A stretch of 64,000 nt of DNA, from the NCBI GenBank assembly GCA_026023565.1, contig JAPETS010000001.1, forward strand, positions 1,302,001 through 1,366,000, given 5' to 3'. This DNA is from Cirrosporium novae-zelandiae (Eukaryota). Every line of letters starts with the position of its first letter. Within the stretch, counting starts at the first letter, position 1. Of this stretch, positions 1 to 9,565 are shown one piece after another. The notes beneath the pieces were generated by a model. That model ran no database searches. It was not told where the DNA came from and worked only from the letters and a program-made list of their open reading frames with translations. Made by a program: the position numbers and the translations under genes.

Positions 1-347
1 CTGGTCTCGATCCTCGCGCTCTTCCCGCCACTGATAGCATGCTTGGCATGTCTGGCTTTACAAGAGGGTTTCTCAAGGCCGGGATTCGTGTTTTCACTAT
101 CAGCATCATAGTCGTCATCGCAATTGTATTCCCAGCATTCGACCGTATCATGGCGTTGATGGGATCCGCCTTGTGTTTTACAATCTGTATAATCCTCCCC
201 TTGTCCTTTCATCTGAAGATATTTGGCAAGGAAATCCCGTTGAAAGAGAGAGTATTAAATTGGTCTTTGATTATCATTTGTTCGACGATGGCCGCGGTTG
301 GAACCGTGTGGGCGTTTTTGCCTCGAGATAAGATTGGCGCCGACTAA
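1..347 (+). CDS. Vacuolar amino acid transporter (Aa_trans/AVT1-like), 3' part only
   Basis: The frame is open from the window edge (GLDPRALPATDSMLG...). The hydrophobic C-terminus contains 'IAIVFPAFDRIMALMGSALCFTICIILPLSFHLKIFG', typical of Avt1-type transporters. Stop TAA at 345-347. Confidence 0.8.
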   Translation, partial: GLDPRALPATDSMLGMSGFTRGFLKAGIRVFTISIIVVIAIVFPAFDRIMALMGSALCFTICIILPLSFHLKIFGKEIPLKERVLNWSLIIICSTMAAVGTVWAFLPRDKIGAD

Positions 348-602
348 AAAGCACTGTCAGGTTTTAGGGAAATAAAATGTTTTTCATTCCTTCTTGTCGA
401 TATATCGGCTGGGTTGGGATTCGGACTTGGTTGGGTTTAAAATCAAAAGTTTTGTGTCTTTTTGCTTTGTCAATTCCAAGGCCGGGGTCACGAGACGATG
501 ATTTCTGTATATAACCTCGGTCACTTTTTAATAAATAATATCTTGATTTCTCATGGTTGATGTTCGGTCCATCTCGTCTGGATATCAATTCCATTCAATC
601 CA

Positions 603-1577
603 TTAAGCCAGGACAACAGCGAAATTATTTCTCTTCCCTCCCGGATTAATCTCTTCTTTTTTGAACTTCCTTGTTCCTATCGGTGTCGGTGTAGATGTGG
701 CCATATCATCAAACCTCCATAGATAATATGCAAGCTTATTCGTGATTTTCCTCTCCAGCATTACATAACCTAGCGACGTCATGATCTCACTCAGCCGGCC
801 CTCAGTAAAGTATCTCGAATTTGTGACGCACGGCGCAGGCAGCACCAGAAACAGCGCCGGGAAGAAACCCCCTTCGCCTTCACCCTCACCCTCACTGTGC
901 TTACCCCCCTGCCGCCGTGCGCGAAGGAACCTAGTCGTCCGTCGTAGCATCTCCCCCCTCCCCTCTGCATCTGGGACATAATTCAAAACAAGCGACAAGC
1001 TAATAAAGTCAAACCAGCCCTCCTCTTCTTCGGCTCCCTCGCGCGGCGGCGGCAAAGGCCTCTCCATAAAATCCTGCTGCAAGATGCCCTTCTCCTGCGC
1101 CTTGAGGTCAATCCTTTCCACGTCGAAAAGCCCACACATCGAACATGCGTTCTTCATGCTCAGACATCCCACTTCTAGTAATCGAAACTTCTTTCTGCTA
1201 TCCCGCTCCTCCTCCTCTTTCTTCAAAGAAGAAGAAGCAAGGCCCTGCCTCCCTCTCACCCACTCCACAAGCCTAACACTAGAATCTCCACCCCTCTCCG
1301 GCTTCTGCCCTGTTCGGCTTGCTACTTGATATGCATCGAGGCCTCCCTGGGCCTCAAGTTGCGCGGCGAGATGGGCCGCGAGCGCAAGGTTCCCGGAAGC
1401 GAGGGCAGCGACGCGGGACTTGTTTAGGGTATGGTAGGTGCGGATGAGGGTACGGGTCTTTTGGGAGGAGAGGGAGTGAGGGGTGGAGGGTTTGGTTTTG
1501 TGGAGGTAACGGTGGTGCGGAGGGCGGCCGGTGGTGAGGTTACTGAGTTTGGGCTTTCTGGAAGGGCGGGGGGTCAT
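603..1577 (-). CDS. BMT2: 25S rRNA adenine-N1 methyltransferase Bmt2 family
   Basis: Motifs GGLDAYQVAS, RGGDSS, LLEVGCLS, ILQQDFMERP, ISLSLVLNYVP, LFLVLPAPCVTNSRY and GGKRNNFAV. Intronless. First ATG at 1577 (the ORF track starts at a non-ATG codon). Confidence 0.9.
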   Translation of the reverse strand: MTPRPSRKPKLSNLTTGRPPHHRYLHKTKPSTPHSLSSQKTRTLIRTYHTLNKSRVAALASGNLALAAHLAAQLEAQGGLDAYQVASRTGQKPERGGDSSVRLVEWVRGRQGLASSSLKKEEEERDSRKKFRLLEVGCLSMKNACSMCGLFDVERIDLKAQEKGILQQDFMERPLPPPREGAEEEEGWFDFISLSLVLNYVPDAEGRGEMLRRTTRFLRARRQGGKHSEGEGEGEGGFFPALFLVLPAPCVTNSRYFTEGRLSEIMTSLGYVMLERKITNKLAYYLWRFDDMATSTPTPIGTRKFKKEEINPGGKRNNFAVVLA

Positions 1578-2082
1578 GGCTGGGTATTTTGATGGGGTGA
1601 GATGGGGAATTATAATATATATCTCCAATCCATATAGCTAGACAGATGACAGATAGATGTCACATTGACCTCAACACCATTTATTGTTGTTGAAGTGATA
1701 AATGAATTAAGGTTTCCCGTTCCGATCGGCATGGGTACTTCGGAACTTCCGATCTGGTTTTTGTGTGATGACAAGTCAACGTTTTCGTCGTGAAGACTTC
1801 ATTCACTCCGGTATATTAGGGTTTAATAGATATGATAGGTCTTTGGCCTGATATCTTGGAATCTAATCATATGCTCTCTCCACCCTCTTCCTAAACACAT
1901 ACAAACGTCTTAGTCTAATATACCAGGCAATCATAGCCGTAATTCTTCGTCCATCAAACAGTACATGATCTTGCACAGCAGTAGTATTCCATTCCCTCTC
2001 TTCTCAAAGAAAGAAATCCAACAACGTCCAATATCATACATATCCCTCATTCTACCCCACCCCTTCTCTAGCCTACCCTATC

Positions 2083-2474
2083 CTAAAACCCTCCTTGCTG
2101 TTGTTGTAGTTGTTGCTGTTGCTGCATCCTCGTAACATGCCCAACAATAACATTTGCACCATCTATAAACCTCTCCACACAATTCCGCAAGCAGGTCTCT
2201 TCACTCCCAGACAGCATCTGCCCGTTGATATTGCCCGTGATGCATTTGTTCCAACACATATCTGTTAGGGAATGGATTGCTAAGACGGAGTCGAGGTTAG
2301 CTCACTAGAGAAGAGGGTAGGGAGGATGGATTAAATGAATGGTCACAAACTTTGTTGCACTTTCGCCGCTTGGCCTTCATTTTGTAGGAATTGTTGGAGC
2401 TCCTGTCTGTCGGCGGGTGTGAGTTTGTTTATGACGTTGTTGTTGCTGTCAGCAGGGGGGCCGGACATGTCCAT
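2083..2474 (-). CDS. TIM8: Mitochondrial intermembrane small Tim chaperone Tim8 (2 exons, absent from the ORF track)
   Basis: Exon 1 is 2474-2351, the intron is 2350-2280 (GTTTGT...CTAAC...TTAG) and exon 2 is 2279-2083. Translation MDMSG...ELQQFLQNEGQAAKVQQTIHSLTDMCWNKCITG...EETCLRNCVERFID... has twin CX3C motifs and a polyQ tail. Confidence 0.92.
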
Positions 2475-2949
2475 TGTGGGGGTTGGAGTTTGAGGAATGT
2501 GACGTTGAAGGTAGAGTAGGTCCTATTATGCTCCCGGGGAAGATTTTTATTTTCTTTAGATGGAGTGGTCGGCTAGTATGTCGACGAAGACGAATGAGTT
2601 GCGGGTTTGTAAATCAGCCTTGCTCAAAGCTCAAGATTCCAGTTCAAATATAGCAATTCCTTGCGGGGAATATGTACTGTACAGTGGAATTATTGATTCT
2701 TTCCTGGTCGTTGATGTAGTTAGCTCGTTGGTTTGCTCAAAGCTTGAGAACCGAGTCGGTACTGTAGTCTAATCCATGAAAGTCGCCTATGCTATTTTTG
2801 GTCTGCATCCAACTTCTTCGAATTCTTAATCTTCAAAATAATTTACCCATCATGGTCTTCAGAAAATATTCATTTGACAAAAAAAAACCAATATCAACCC
2901 CTACTTGGTCTTTACTACCCGACCTCAAAGGCACAAAAATATAACCAAT

Positions 2950-2954
2950 AAAAA
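2950..2954 (-). terminator. RNA polymerase III T5 terminator of tRNA-Glu
   Basis: TTTTT on the minus strand about 11 nt downstream of the tRNA 3' end. Confidence 0.7.
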
Positions 2955-2965
2955 CAACGTGTATG

Positions 2966-3046
2966 TTCCCTTGCGGGGAGTCGAACCCCGAGCTGCTCGG
3001 ACTTCAGATTGAAAACGAGCGATGTTAACCGTTACACCACAAAGGA
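2966..3046 (-). tRNA. tRNA-Glu(UUC) with a 9-nt intron
   Basis: TCCTTTG-TG-GTGT-AACGGTTA-ACAT-C-GCTCG-TT-TTC-A-[ATCTGAAGT]-C-CGAGC-AGCT-CGGGG-TTCGACT-CCCCG-CAAGGGA-A. All four stems pair and the intron is at the canonical 37/38 site. Confidence 0.95.
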
Positions 3047-3477
3047 TTAGGAGTTCCTATTGGATGGAAACATAGGTCTCAATATCACTTTATATACTGA
3101 ATCTACGAATACGAATTGCATTAAATGGTAAACCTTCAGCTTGGGAAGGTCGGGGTGGGGCCTGTGGTGTTGGCACCAGGTATTGACCTGGCTTGCTGAC
3201 GGGGATTTGTTTTCAATTGGGACTCAGAGGTAGTCTAATACCTAAGAACACTCATCCAAGAGGAGACAATGGTATTGTAGTTGGTGACGTGTGCGGGGTT
3301 TGATTGTTGACTTTAGGCAACAAGTACTTCGTTTATACAACAAAATCGTCAACTCCTTCTGAACCTGTCTGAACAAAAATATTAAACTATTAATTAATTA
3401 TCAATTATTATCTGAAACCTATAACCTGACCCTCCCCTCCTCCTCCGCCCAGCCACTCGCTACGCACGTGTTAAAGA

Positions 3478-4530
3478 ATGGGAGCAAAACCAAGCAAGCA
3501 GAACCATAGCAGGCCTCCAAGTCAGAATGGGTCGGCATTTGCTACTAATACCAAGCCTCACGGCATACAAGACAACCAGAATAATATAAAAGTCACGTCT
3601 TCCTACACAGAGCTTTACGATGGCATGGTGGGGTATGTTCTGAATTATTGCATTGCAAATCCTCACGATTGGAGAGAGATATCAGCTAAACTTGGCAGTC
3701 TCCTTGAGGAGAACAGATATGCCGACCTCCACCTCCTAGTGGGCGAAGACATCTTCCATGTGAACCGCTGTATCGTCTGCCCCCGCTCCGCATGGTTCAG
3801 AGATCGATGTGAAGAGCTCCTTGGGGGGGCTGAAGACCATGTGAGTTTTATAAACACCTATTTTCAAACGAGAAAGTATGTCTCACCAGCAGCCCAGAGC
3901 TCCCCGTCTTCACCAATGAAGATATGGCTTGACCCCGGAGAATACGACACCAATGTCATTGCTGCCGTCGTTAATTTCTTGTACACCCTTAACTACACGG
4001 ATCCAGCCTCCCAACCACCCGCCTTCAGTCCACAACGAGACCGAAAAAATAGCGTCTTAAGCCAGGATTCCAAGAACTCACAGAAAACCGAAACAGCTCC
4101 GCCAGAGGTATGGGCATTTAGTGAAAACCAAAGCACCACCATTTCAAGCATTTCCGTTCCAACACCCTCAACCACAAGCGCTGGATCAGCTACTCTGTCC
4201 CCGACAGGGGACACGTCGTCAGGTTCACATAGCAACGAGCTCATCTTTCACGCGCTTGTCTACCTGGCTGGATGGCGCTTCGGTATCGAATCCTTAGCTG
4301 ACGTGGCAAGGGAGAAGTTTGAAAACCGTATCCGATCAGAGGCATGGAAGGAAGAACTGATTCCTTGCATTCGTGTGGTTTACAGACACAATAACGAAGC
4401 AGGGAGATTAAAGGAGCAGATCCTCAAGACAGCGAAGAATAAGTTTAGAATACTAAAGACATCCCCTGGTTTTGATGAGTTGGTTATGGAGTTTCCGTCC
4501 TTCGCAGGTGATCTGCTGAGGGTTGTTTAA
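3478..4530 (+). CDS. BTB/POZ domain protein
   Basis: LLEENRYADLHLLVGEDIFHVNRCIVCPRSAWF, AVVNFLYTLNY and HALVYLAGWRFGIESLADVAREKF. Probable introns at 3633-3698 and 3841-3897. Confidence 0.85.
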   Translation: MGAKPSKQNHSRPPSQNGSAFATNTKPHGIQDNQNNIKVTSSYTELYDGMVGYVLNYCIANPHDWREISAKLGSLLEENRYADLHLLVGEDIFHVNRCIVCPRSAWFRDRCEELLGGAEDHVSFINTYFQTRKYVSPAAQSSPSSPMKIWLDPGEYDTNVIAAVVNFLYTLNYTDPASQPPAFSPQRDRKNSVLSQDSKNSQKTETAPPEVWAFSENQSTTISSISVPTPSTTSAGSATLSPTGDTSSGSHSNELIFHALVYLAGWRFGIESLADVAREKFENRIRSEAWKEELIPCIRVVYRHNNEAGRLKEQILKTAKNKFRILKTSPGFDELVMEFPSFAGDLLRVV

Positions 4531-4997
4531 TTTGGACAAGGGATATTGTTCTGACACGTGTTGGGCCGATACCCCGTTGGCGTTTAGGGCGAATGCTAAT
4601 GGATGTAACGGAGGATTTATGATTGTATGAAAAGGGATTTGTGGTGTTTGTAGGCGTAATATGTTTCCTTTCACTTCACCAATCTAGACTTTCCAATTTA
4701 TTTATCTCAAGTGAACCGACTTGAATCCCTATATTCCCCTCAAGAGATACTTATTTGAAACAATGAGGATTCGTACCTGCTCATCCCATCCTTATTGTAT
4801 ATTCAATATTGATCAAAGCTGCGGTAGTATTTCCTTCTCCATATTCGTCAAGGAATCAGCTGTTCCTTCTTTAATCAGATTCGTTACTATAATCGTTTTT
4901 CTCCTTCTTAGGCTTATCTCTTTTCTGAACACATCCCCTTTTCTAAACGGATCTCTATATTTGTTGTCGTATATGTCATCTGACCTCCGTGTTCAAA

Positions 4998-5805
4998 ATG
5001 CAATACTTCAATCTTTTCGTCGCAATTGTTTTTGCTACTAGCTAGGCCATTGCAGCCTCCGTCCCAGATTTCGCTAATGAAACCATCAAGCATGCTTCAA
5101 CTTATACCACCAAGTCTAAGCCGATTGATCACAACAGTGCCCTTCAAATTTTAGTTGCAGACCGGACCAACGTGCGAGTCACTGCAACTAATCCTCTCAT
5201 CACCGGAGCTTGCACTAAAGCGGGTTCAAACATCTATGATGAAGCCGGAGACATTGACAGTGATTCTCATCGTATATTTCACCATTCAAGCGATTGAAAG
5301 AAAGAGACATATATTAATGTGTTGGTCACAGGTTGATATTACGGTGGATGGCAAAATTTCCTAAATTCGTCTCAATGAATTGAATTCGATGCAATGTTCA
5401 ACAACACTAAATCAGTGATGAGGACTTCTTGCACCAATCTCGGATCTCCTGCCCCCGGTACTGGAGATAAAAATGAGCCAATTGGGTATATATGAAATGC
5501 TGTTCAGCGAATCTCCGGGGCTTCGCTTGTAGACCATCGATTCATTCTCACCGTCATTTTGCAAGAGGTGGTTATTTCAGCAAAGTGCAATTTGTTCCCA
5601 AGGAACAGCCGATGACGGTAGGGACGAACTCGTGCAATGCATCGATTAGTACGACAATATTTATGAAGCTGCTCACTGTTACGATTCGGGTCTTGTGGAT
5701 TCGTCGAACCTCAACGACGCCGTGGGCGCAGTAGCCAGCTATTTTAACAATATTGTAAATAGGATGACTGGGTAGATATATGCTCATTCGAGATTTTTGA
5801 GTTGT
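4998..5805 (+). pseudogene. Pseudogene of a secreted lysozyme-like (muramidase/SLT-type) protein
   Basis: Signal peptide MQYFNLFVAIVFATS*AIA. Later segments read YYGGWQNFLNSSQ*IEFDAMFNNTKSVMRTSC, IGYI*NAVQRISGASLVDHRFILTVILQE and QGTADDGRDELVQCID*YDNIYEAAHCYDSGLVDSSNLNDAVGAVASYFNNIVNRMTG*. Six in-frame stops, a degenerate intron at 5272-5331 and an apparent internal deletion. Confidence 0.8.
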
Positions 5806-6117
5806 TGGTTTGAATTGGCGAAGACTTGGTTTACTATAAAGGATGTCCTGGATCTGCGTAGCCTTTTGAGGGAGATGTTTTGAGCGAATGAGTTTTGTGA
5901 CCTGAATTTTATTTGCGAATGTCTGGCTTAATAGGCATCCCTTATCCGGTCGGAATTTGATGATGGATAACCGTAGATGATCACTAGTAGAAATATACTT
6001 ATATCCAGGACGGTAGCTTTTCCTTTTCTCAAACGGAGACTTGGGGCATACCATTCTCCCTAACAACTGTAGTCGAATGCTCGAATACCTTGGAACAGTG
6101 CTTTCGGTGGAAACAAA

Positions 6118-7587
6118 TTACCAATCTCGAAGAAGTCGATTCTCACCTTCAAGCCTCTTCCTTTCCCACTCCTTACTCTCTAATTTCCTCTTCTGTCCCT
6201 TAATACTTCTTTTATGTCTCCGACTTGTAATATGCTTTTGCCAATCCACTTCCCATACAGCAACAGTCCCACATACCTCGCATTCTTTTCTTATTCTCTC
6301 ACCTTTCCCTCCCTTCAACTTCTCACCCTCCTTTCCGCCATCAACATTACTATTCTCTAATAGTGCGTTGACGTTAGAGGATAGCGGCATCGACTGGCCG
6401 GAAAGGAATAGCCGAGCTAGAGAGAGAGCTGGGATTTCCACGTTCTCGTGAAACAGGCTAGGGGAATTAAATGGGAAAATGTAAGAAGGCAGGGAAGGGG
6501 AAAGAATTGGGAGGAGCTTGTGTCGGAGCCAGCGGAGTTGGCGGTGAGAGTATTGTCTCGTATGCGCCGCCATGCTCTCAATTGCCTCCTCTTTTATTTT
6601 TTCTAGCTTTTTATCTTGAGTAGGTGATGCTTCTCCTTTGCCATTAAGAGGTTGGGAATTTTCTATTAACTCGGAAATATAGGGCATAAACTCTTTATAT
6701 CCAATGGCCACCCAAATCCCACGGCTAGTATCTGGCGGATGCCCGGAAGATATGAGGGAATTGTGAATTTGGGAAAGCGAGGAGACTTCATCGAGAAGCC
6801 CAGAATTAAGCATGCCATGGATACGGGTCGTAAGATGAGGAGCAAGGATAGAGCTTGGCATGTGTGGGATGAAGAGAATAGGTGAGATGGCGGATTCCCT
6901 ATCCTGAGAATCATCTAAGACATTGACCTGGCTTTGAGCTTCTTCTTTTCTCCTTCTCTGTTCCTCATAGATCTCACTAGCCTTTCGTCCCATTTTCAAA
7001 TAGATTTCAAGACTCCGTCTTATTTTCCGCCGATCACGGGGATGCCATTGTTGCGCCATTACTGGATCTACCTTTTCGAGTTCCTTCAATATTTCTTCTG
7101 TTGGTGCTTCCAAGATTGGCCATTTTTCGGCGCTATCTTCACTATCCTCATCCTCACCACGTCCATCTTTGTCTCTATCACTCTTATTTAACAGTAAATC
7201 CCCAGTAATAACGTTCTGTACATAATACGCTGTACCTCCTACGAGCACTGGTACCTTTCCTCTCCCCCAAATCTCCCTGCATTTTTCCAACGCCCGCTTT
7301 CTGAAAGTTCCCACTGTCCATGTCTTCTCTTCTAAGCCAACAGTTCCTAGTAAATGGTGTGGAACCCCTTTCTGCTCATCGATAGTAATCTTGTTGGTCA
7401 AGAGAGGGAGACCAGAATATAGTTGCAGGGCATCGGCATTGATGATTTCGCCATTTAGGTGAGCAGAAAGGTGGACGGCCAATTGGGATTTCCCAGTACC
7501 TGTGGCGCCAACGATGGCTATGAGAGGATTTAGTGGGGGGGTCATTTTAGAAATCTGACGACGGAGAATTATGGAGAGGTGGAACAT
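6118..7587 (-). CDS. MOD5: tRNA dimethylallyl(isopentenyl)transferase with C-terminal zinc finger
   Basis: P-loop GATGTGKS, EIINADALQLY, TNK, VPHHLLG, VGGTAYY, WHPRDRRKIRRSLEI, AIGYKEF, TRQYSHRQLRW and CEVC...WQKHITSRRH. Confidence 0.95.
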   Translation of the reverse strand: MFHLSIILRRQISKMTPPLNPLIAIVGATGTGKSQLAVHLSAHLNGEIINADALQLYSGLPLLTNKITIDEQKGVPHHLLGTVGLEEKTWTVGTFRKRALEKCREIWGRGKVPVLVGGTAYYVQNVITGDLLLNKSDRDKDGRGEDEDSEDSAEKWPILEAPTEEILKELEKVDPVMAQQWHPRDRRKIRRSLEIYLKMGRKASEIYEEQRRRKEEAQSQVNVLDDSQDRESAISPILFIPHMPSSILAPHLTTRIHGMLNSGLLDEVSSLSQIHNSLISSGHPPDTSRGIWVAIGYKEFMPYISELIENSQPLNGKGEASPTQDKKLEKIKEEAIESMAAHTRQYSHRQLRWLRHKLLPILSPSLPSYIFPFNSPSLFHENVEIPALSLARLFLSGQSMPLSSNVNALLENSNVDGGKEGEKLKGGKGERIRKECEVCGTVAVWEVDWQKHITSRRHKRSIKGQKRKLESKEWERKRLEGENRLLRDW

Positions 7588-8946
7588 CAGAGATTAGAAG
7601 ACATGTATGATAATGGTTGGACTCACGAGAGAACATTAAAGTAATAATTACCGACTAGGCGTTCTGCCGTAATTACAAGGCGGTCAAAGTAAATAGAAAG
7701 TTATCTGATCTTGATAAGGGCCTGGATCTAGGGCTTCACCTGCTGTTTTCGGTGTTTGTGCTTAGGTGCACTTCATCATCAATACTTTTATGTCAAGTAG
7801 GAAGTTCATTATGATAATAGAGTATGGCAGAATAATTTGCAAGAATGCAGCCAGCTCCAACTATACATTGACCAATTGATCACCTCCGAATAAGATTCTA
7901 TCTCCCATAAGTCTCATTAGCCTCATCAAACGCCCCGGAACGCTAGTCTCGTGCACAACAATGCTGGTATCAATGTGATGTATGTTCCGCCCTCGTAACG
8001 GCGCAAAATGTCCCTCCAGCTCATTCTAGACTCCATGCAAATATAGAAAGCCTCAGTTATGCCTCCCCAGAAGTCTCGTTTTACCAGCGACGCCGATTCT
8101 GGTGATGTGCAAAGGTCTCTGGTCCGATGCCGGTGTTATATATAGCGAGAGACGATGTGCCCCAAAAGGCGTTTGTTATAGTCATTGTCATGTTCCCTCA
8201 ACTGGAACAGTCACATGTACAATCCACCCCAATCGCCATTTCGAAAGTTGTGGACTCAAGGAAGGTATGAGAACCTGGGTCCATCGCTTGAGGTTCGTGG
8301 ACTTTCTTCCTTTTTCTTTGGTCTGGGTGACACTGAACGTTCCCTCGGAGAAATCATAGGGTAACCGATGTGGTTTGGAAATTCTGCTAGGAAATTATTT
8401 TCACCCTGTGGTGTGGGGGATGAAGCGGTTGATGGAGATTTTGGCGGGTTGTTTGTCGAAGAGTTACGTCGGCGCCATTGAGAGCGACATTCGTAGATGA
8501 GGAGGAAAGAAAAGGAGGAGGAGGGAGACATTTTTTGCTCTTTGGGTCTGATGGTGTGATTGTCTGATTATCTGATTGCTATCGGAGGTACGCGTCGGAC
8601 GAGGATACGCTTTGCGGAATGATTTTGTTGTGATTTAAGGCACAAATTTGATAGTCCAAGTGATGGCAGGTGGCAGATGTCAGTCAAATAAAGGGAAGCA
8701 AAATGAAGGGTGTAAAGAGATCAAATGATAGAATTAGGTGACAGTCCATGTGTCCTCAGCCCCTCTTGATATACATATTATTGCTGGTGGACCTTGCGCG
8801 CAAGGCGGAGTTGGCCGAGTTCTGGCGGTCCAACCATTTCCTTGTAATTGCTAATATACAAGTGCTGAATGGTGGTAATCTTAGAGAATGGCTGACTGTG
8901 ATTTTTTGGTTCTATTTGAGGTTAGTTGGAAACTTGGAACATTGTC

Positions 8947-9038
8947 TTTTTTTTTTGTTTTTTTTGTTTTTTTTGTTTTTTTTGTTTTTTTTGTTTTTTT
9001 TGTTTTTTTTGTTTTATTTTGTTTTGTTTTTGTTTTTT
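8947..9038. repeat. (T8G)n T-rich tandem repeat, with (GGA)n and GTGCCTGGGG repeats nearby at about 9120-9210
   Basis: Directly visible 9-nt periodicity TTTTTTTTG. Confidence 0.9.
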
Positions 9039-9565
9039 CATTAGTAGAGGTTAACTATTTTGGTTCATTGGTTCATTGTTGGTCGGGAGAGTTAGGGAAT
9101 GAAGGAAATAGGGAATTAGGGAGGAGGAGGAGGAGGAGAAGGTCCCCCCCCTTGTAAGGCTTGTAAGATAGTGTGCCTGGGGTGTGCCTGGGGTGTGCCT
9201 GGGGGGGTGCTACTTCGGCTTTCAGGTGCGGGTGTTGTCGTGAGTTTGGAAGTCTTGGCATTGATATTGACCAAGAACCGAGGGACCGATGGAGGAAAGT
9301 AATAGCCTTGCTTTTAAGGCTCGAACGTTTTTATAATGGTAGACTGGTCACGTGCTAGTCTATCGGATCACAACCGACGGATCTCCGAGGATTCGTCATT
9401 ATAACACTGGGTCCATCCGAATCAATCAATCAATCAATTAAATCAATCGCATATCCATCGTAATATCTTTTTTTCTTGTCTTATCTTTTCCTTTCTGTTC
9501 TCCCCTCTCTCATAGAACATGTATTTGTTTTTGCTTGTATTCACCAAAGTAGAATTCTTTCAAAA

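Noticed and set aside
1764..1855. TGATGA ... CTGA pair suggesting a box C/D snoRNA
   Set aside because: No convincing terminal stem or rRNA-complementary guide.
5334..5495. In-frame TGA codons at Trp-like positions suggesting UGA recoding or selenocysteine
   Set aside because: The same gene also has TAG stops and a deletion, and intact genes in the window use TGA as a normal stop.
8748..9157. Phe/Leu/Val-rich ORFs
   Set aside because: Artefacts of the (T8G)n repeat.
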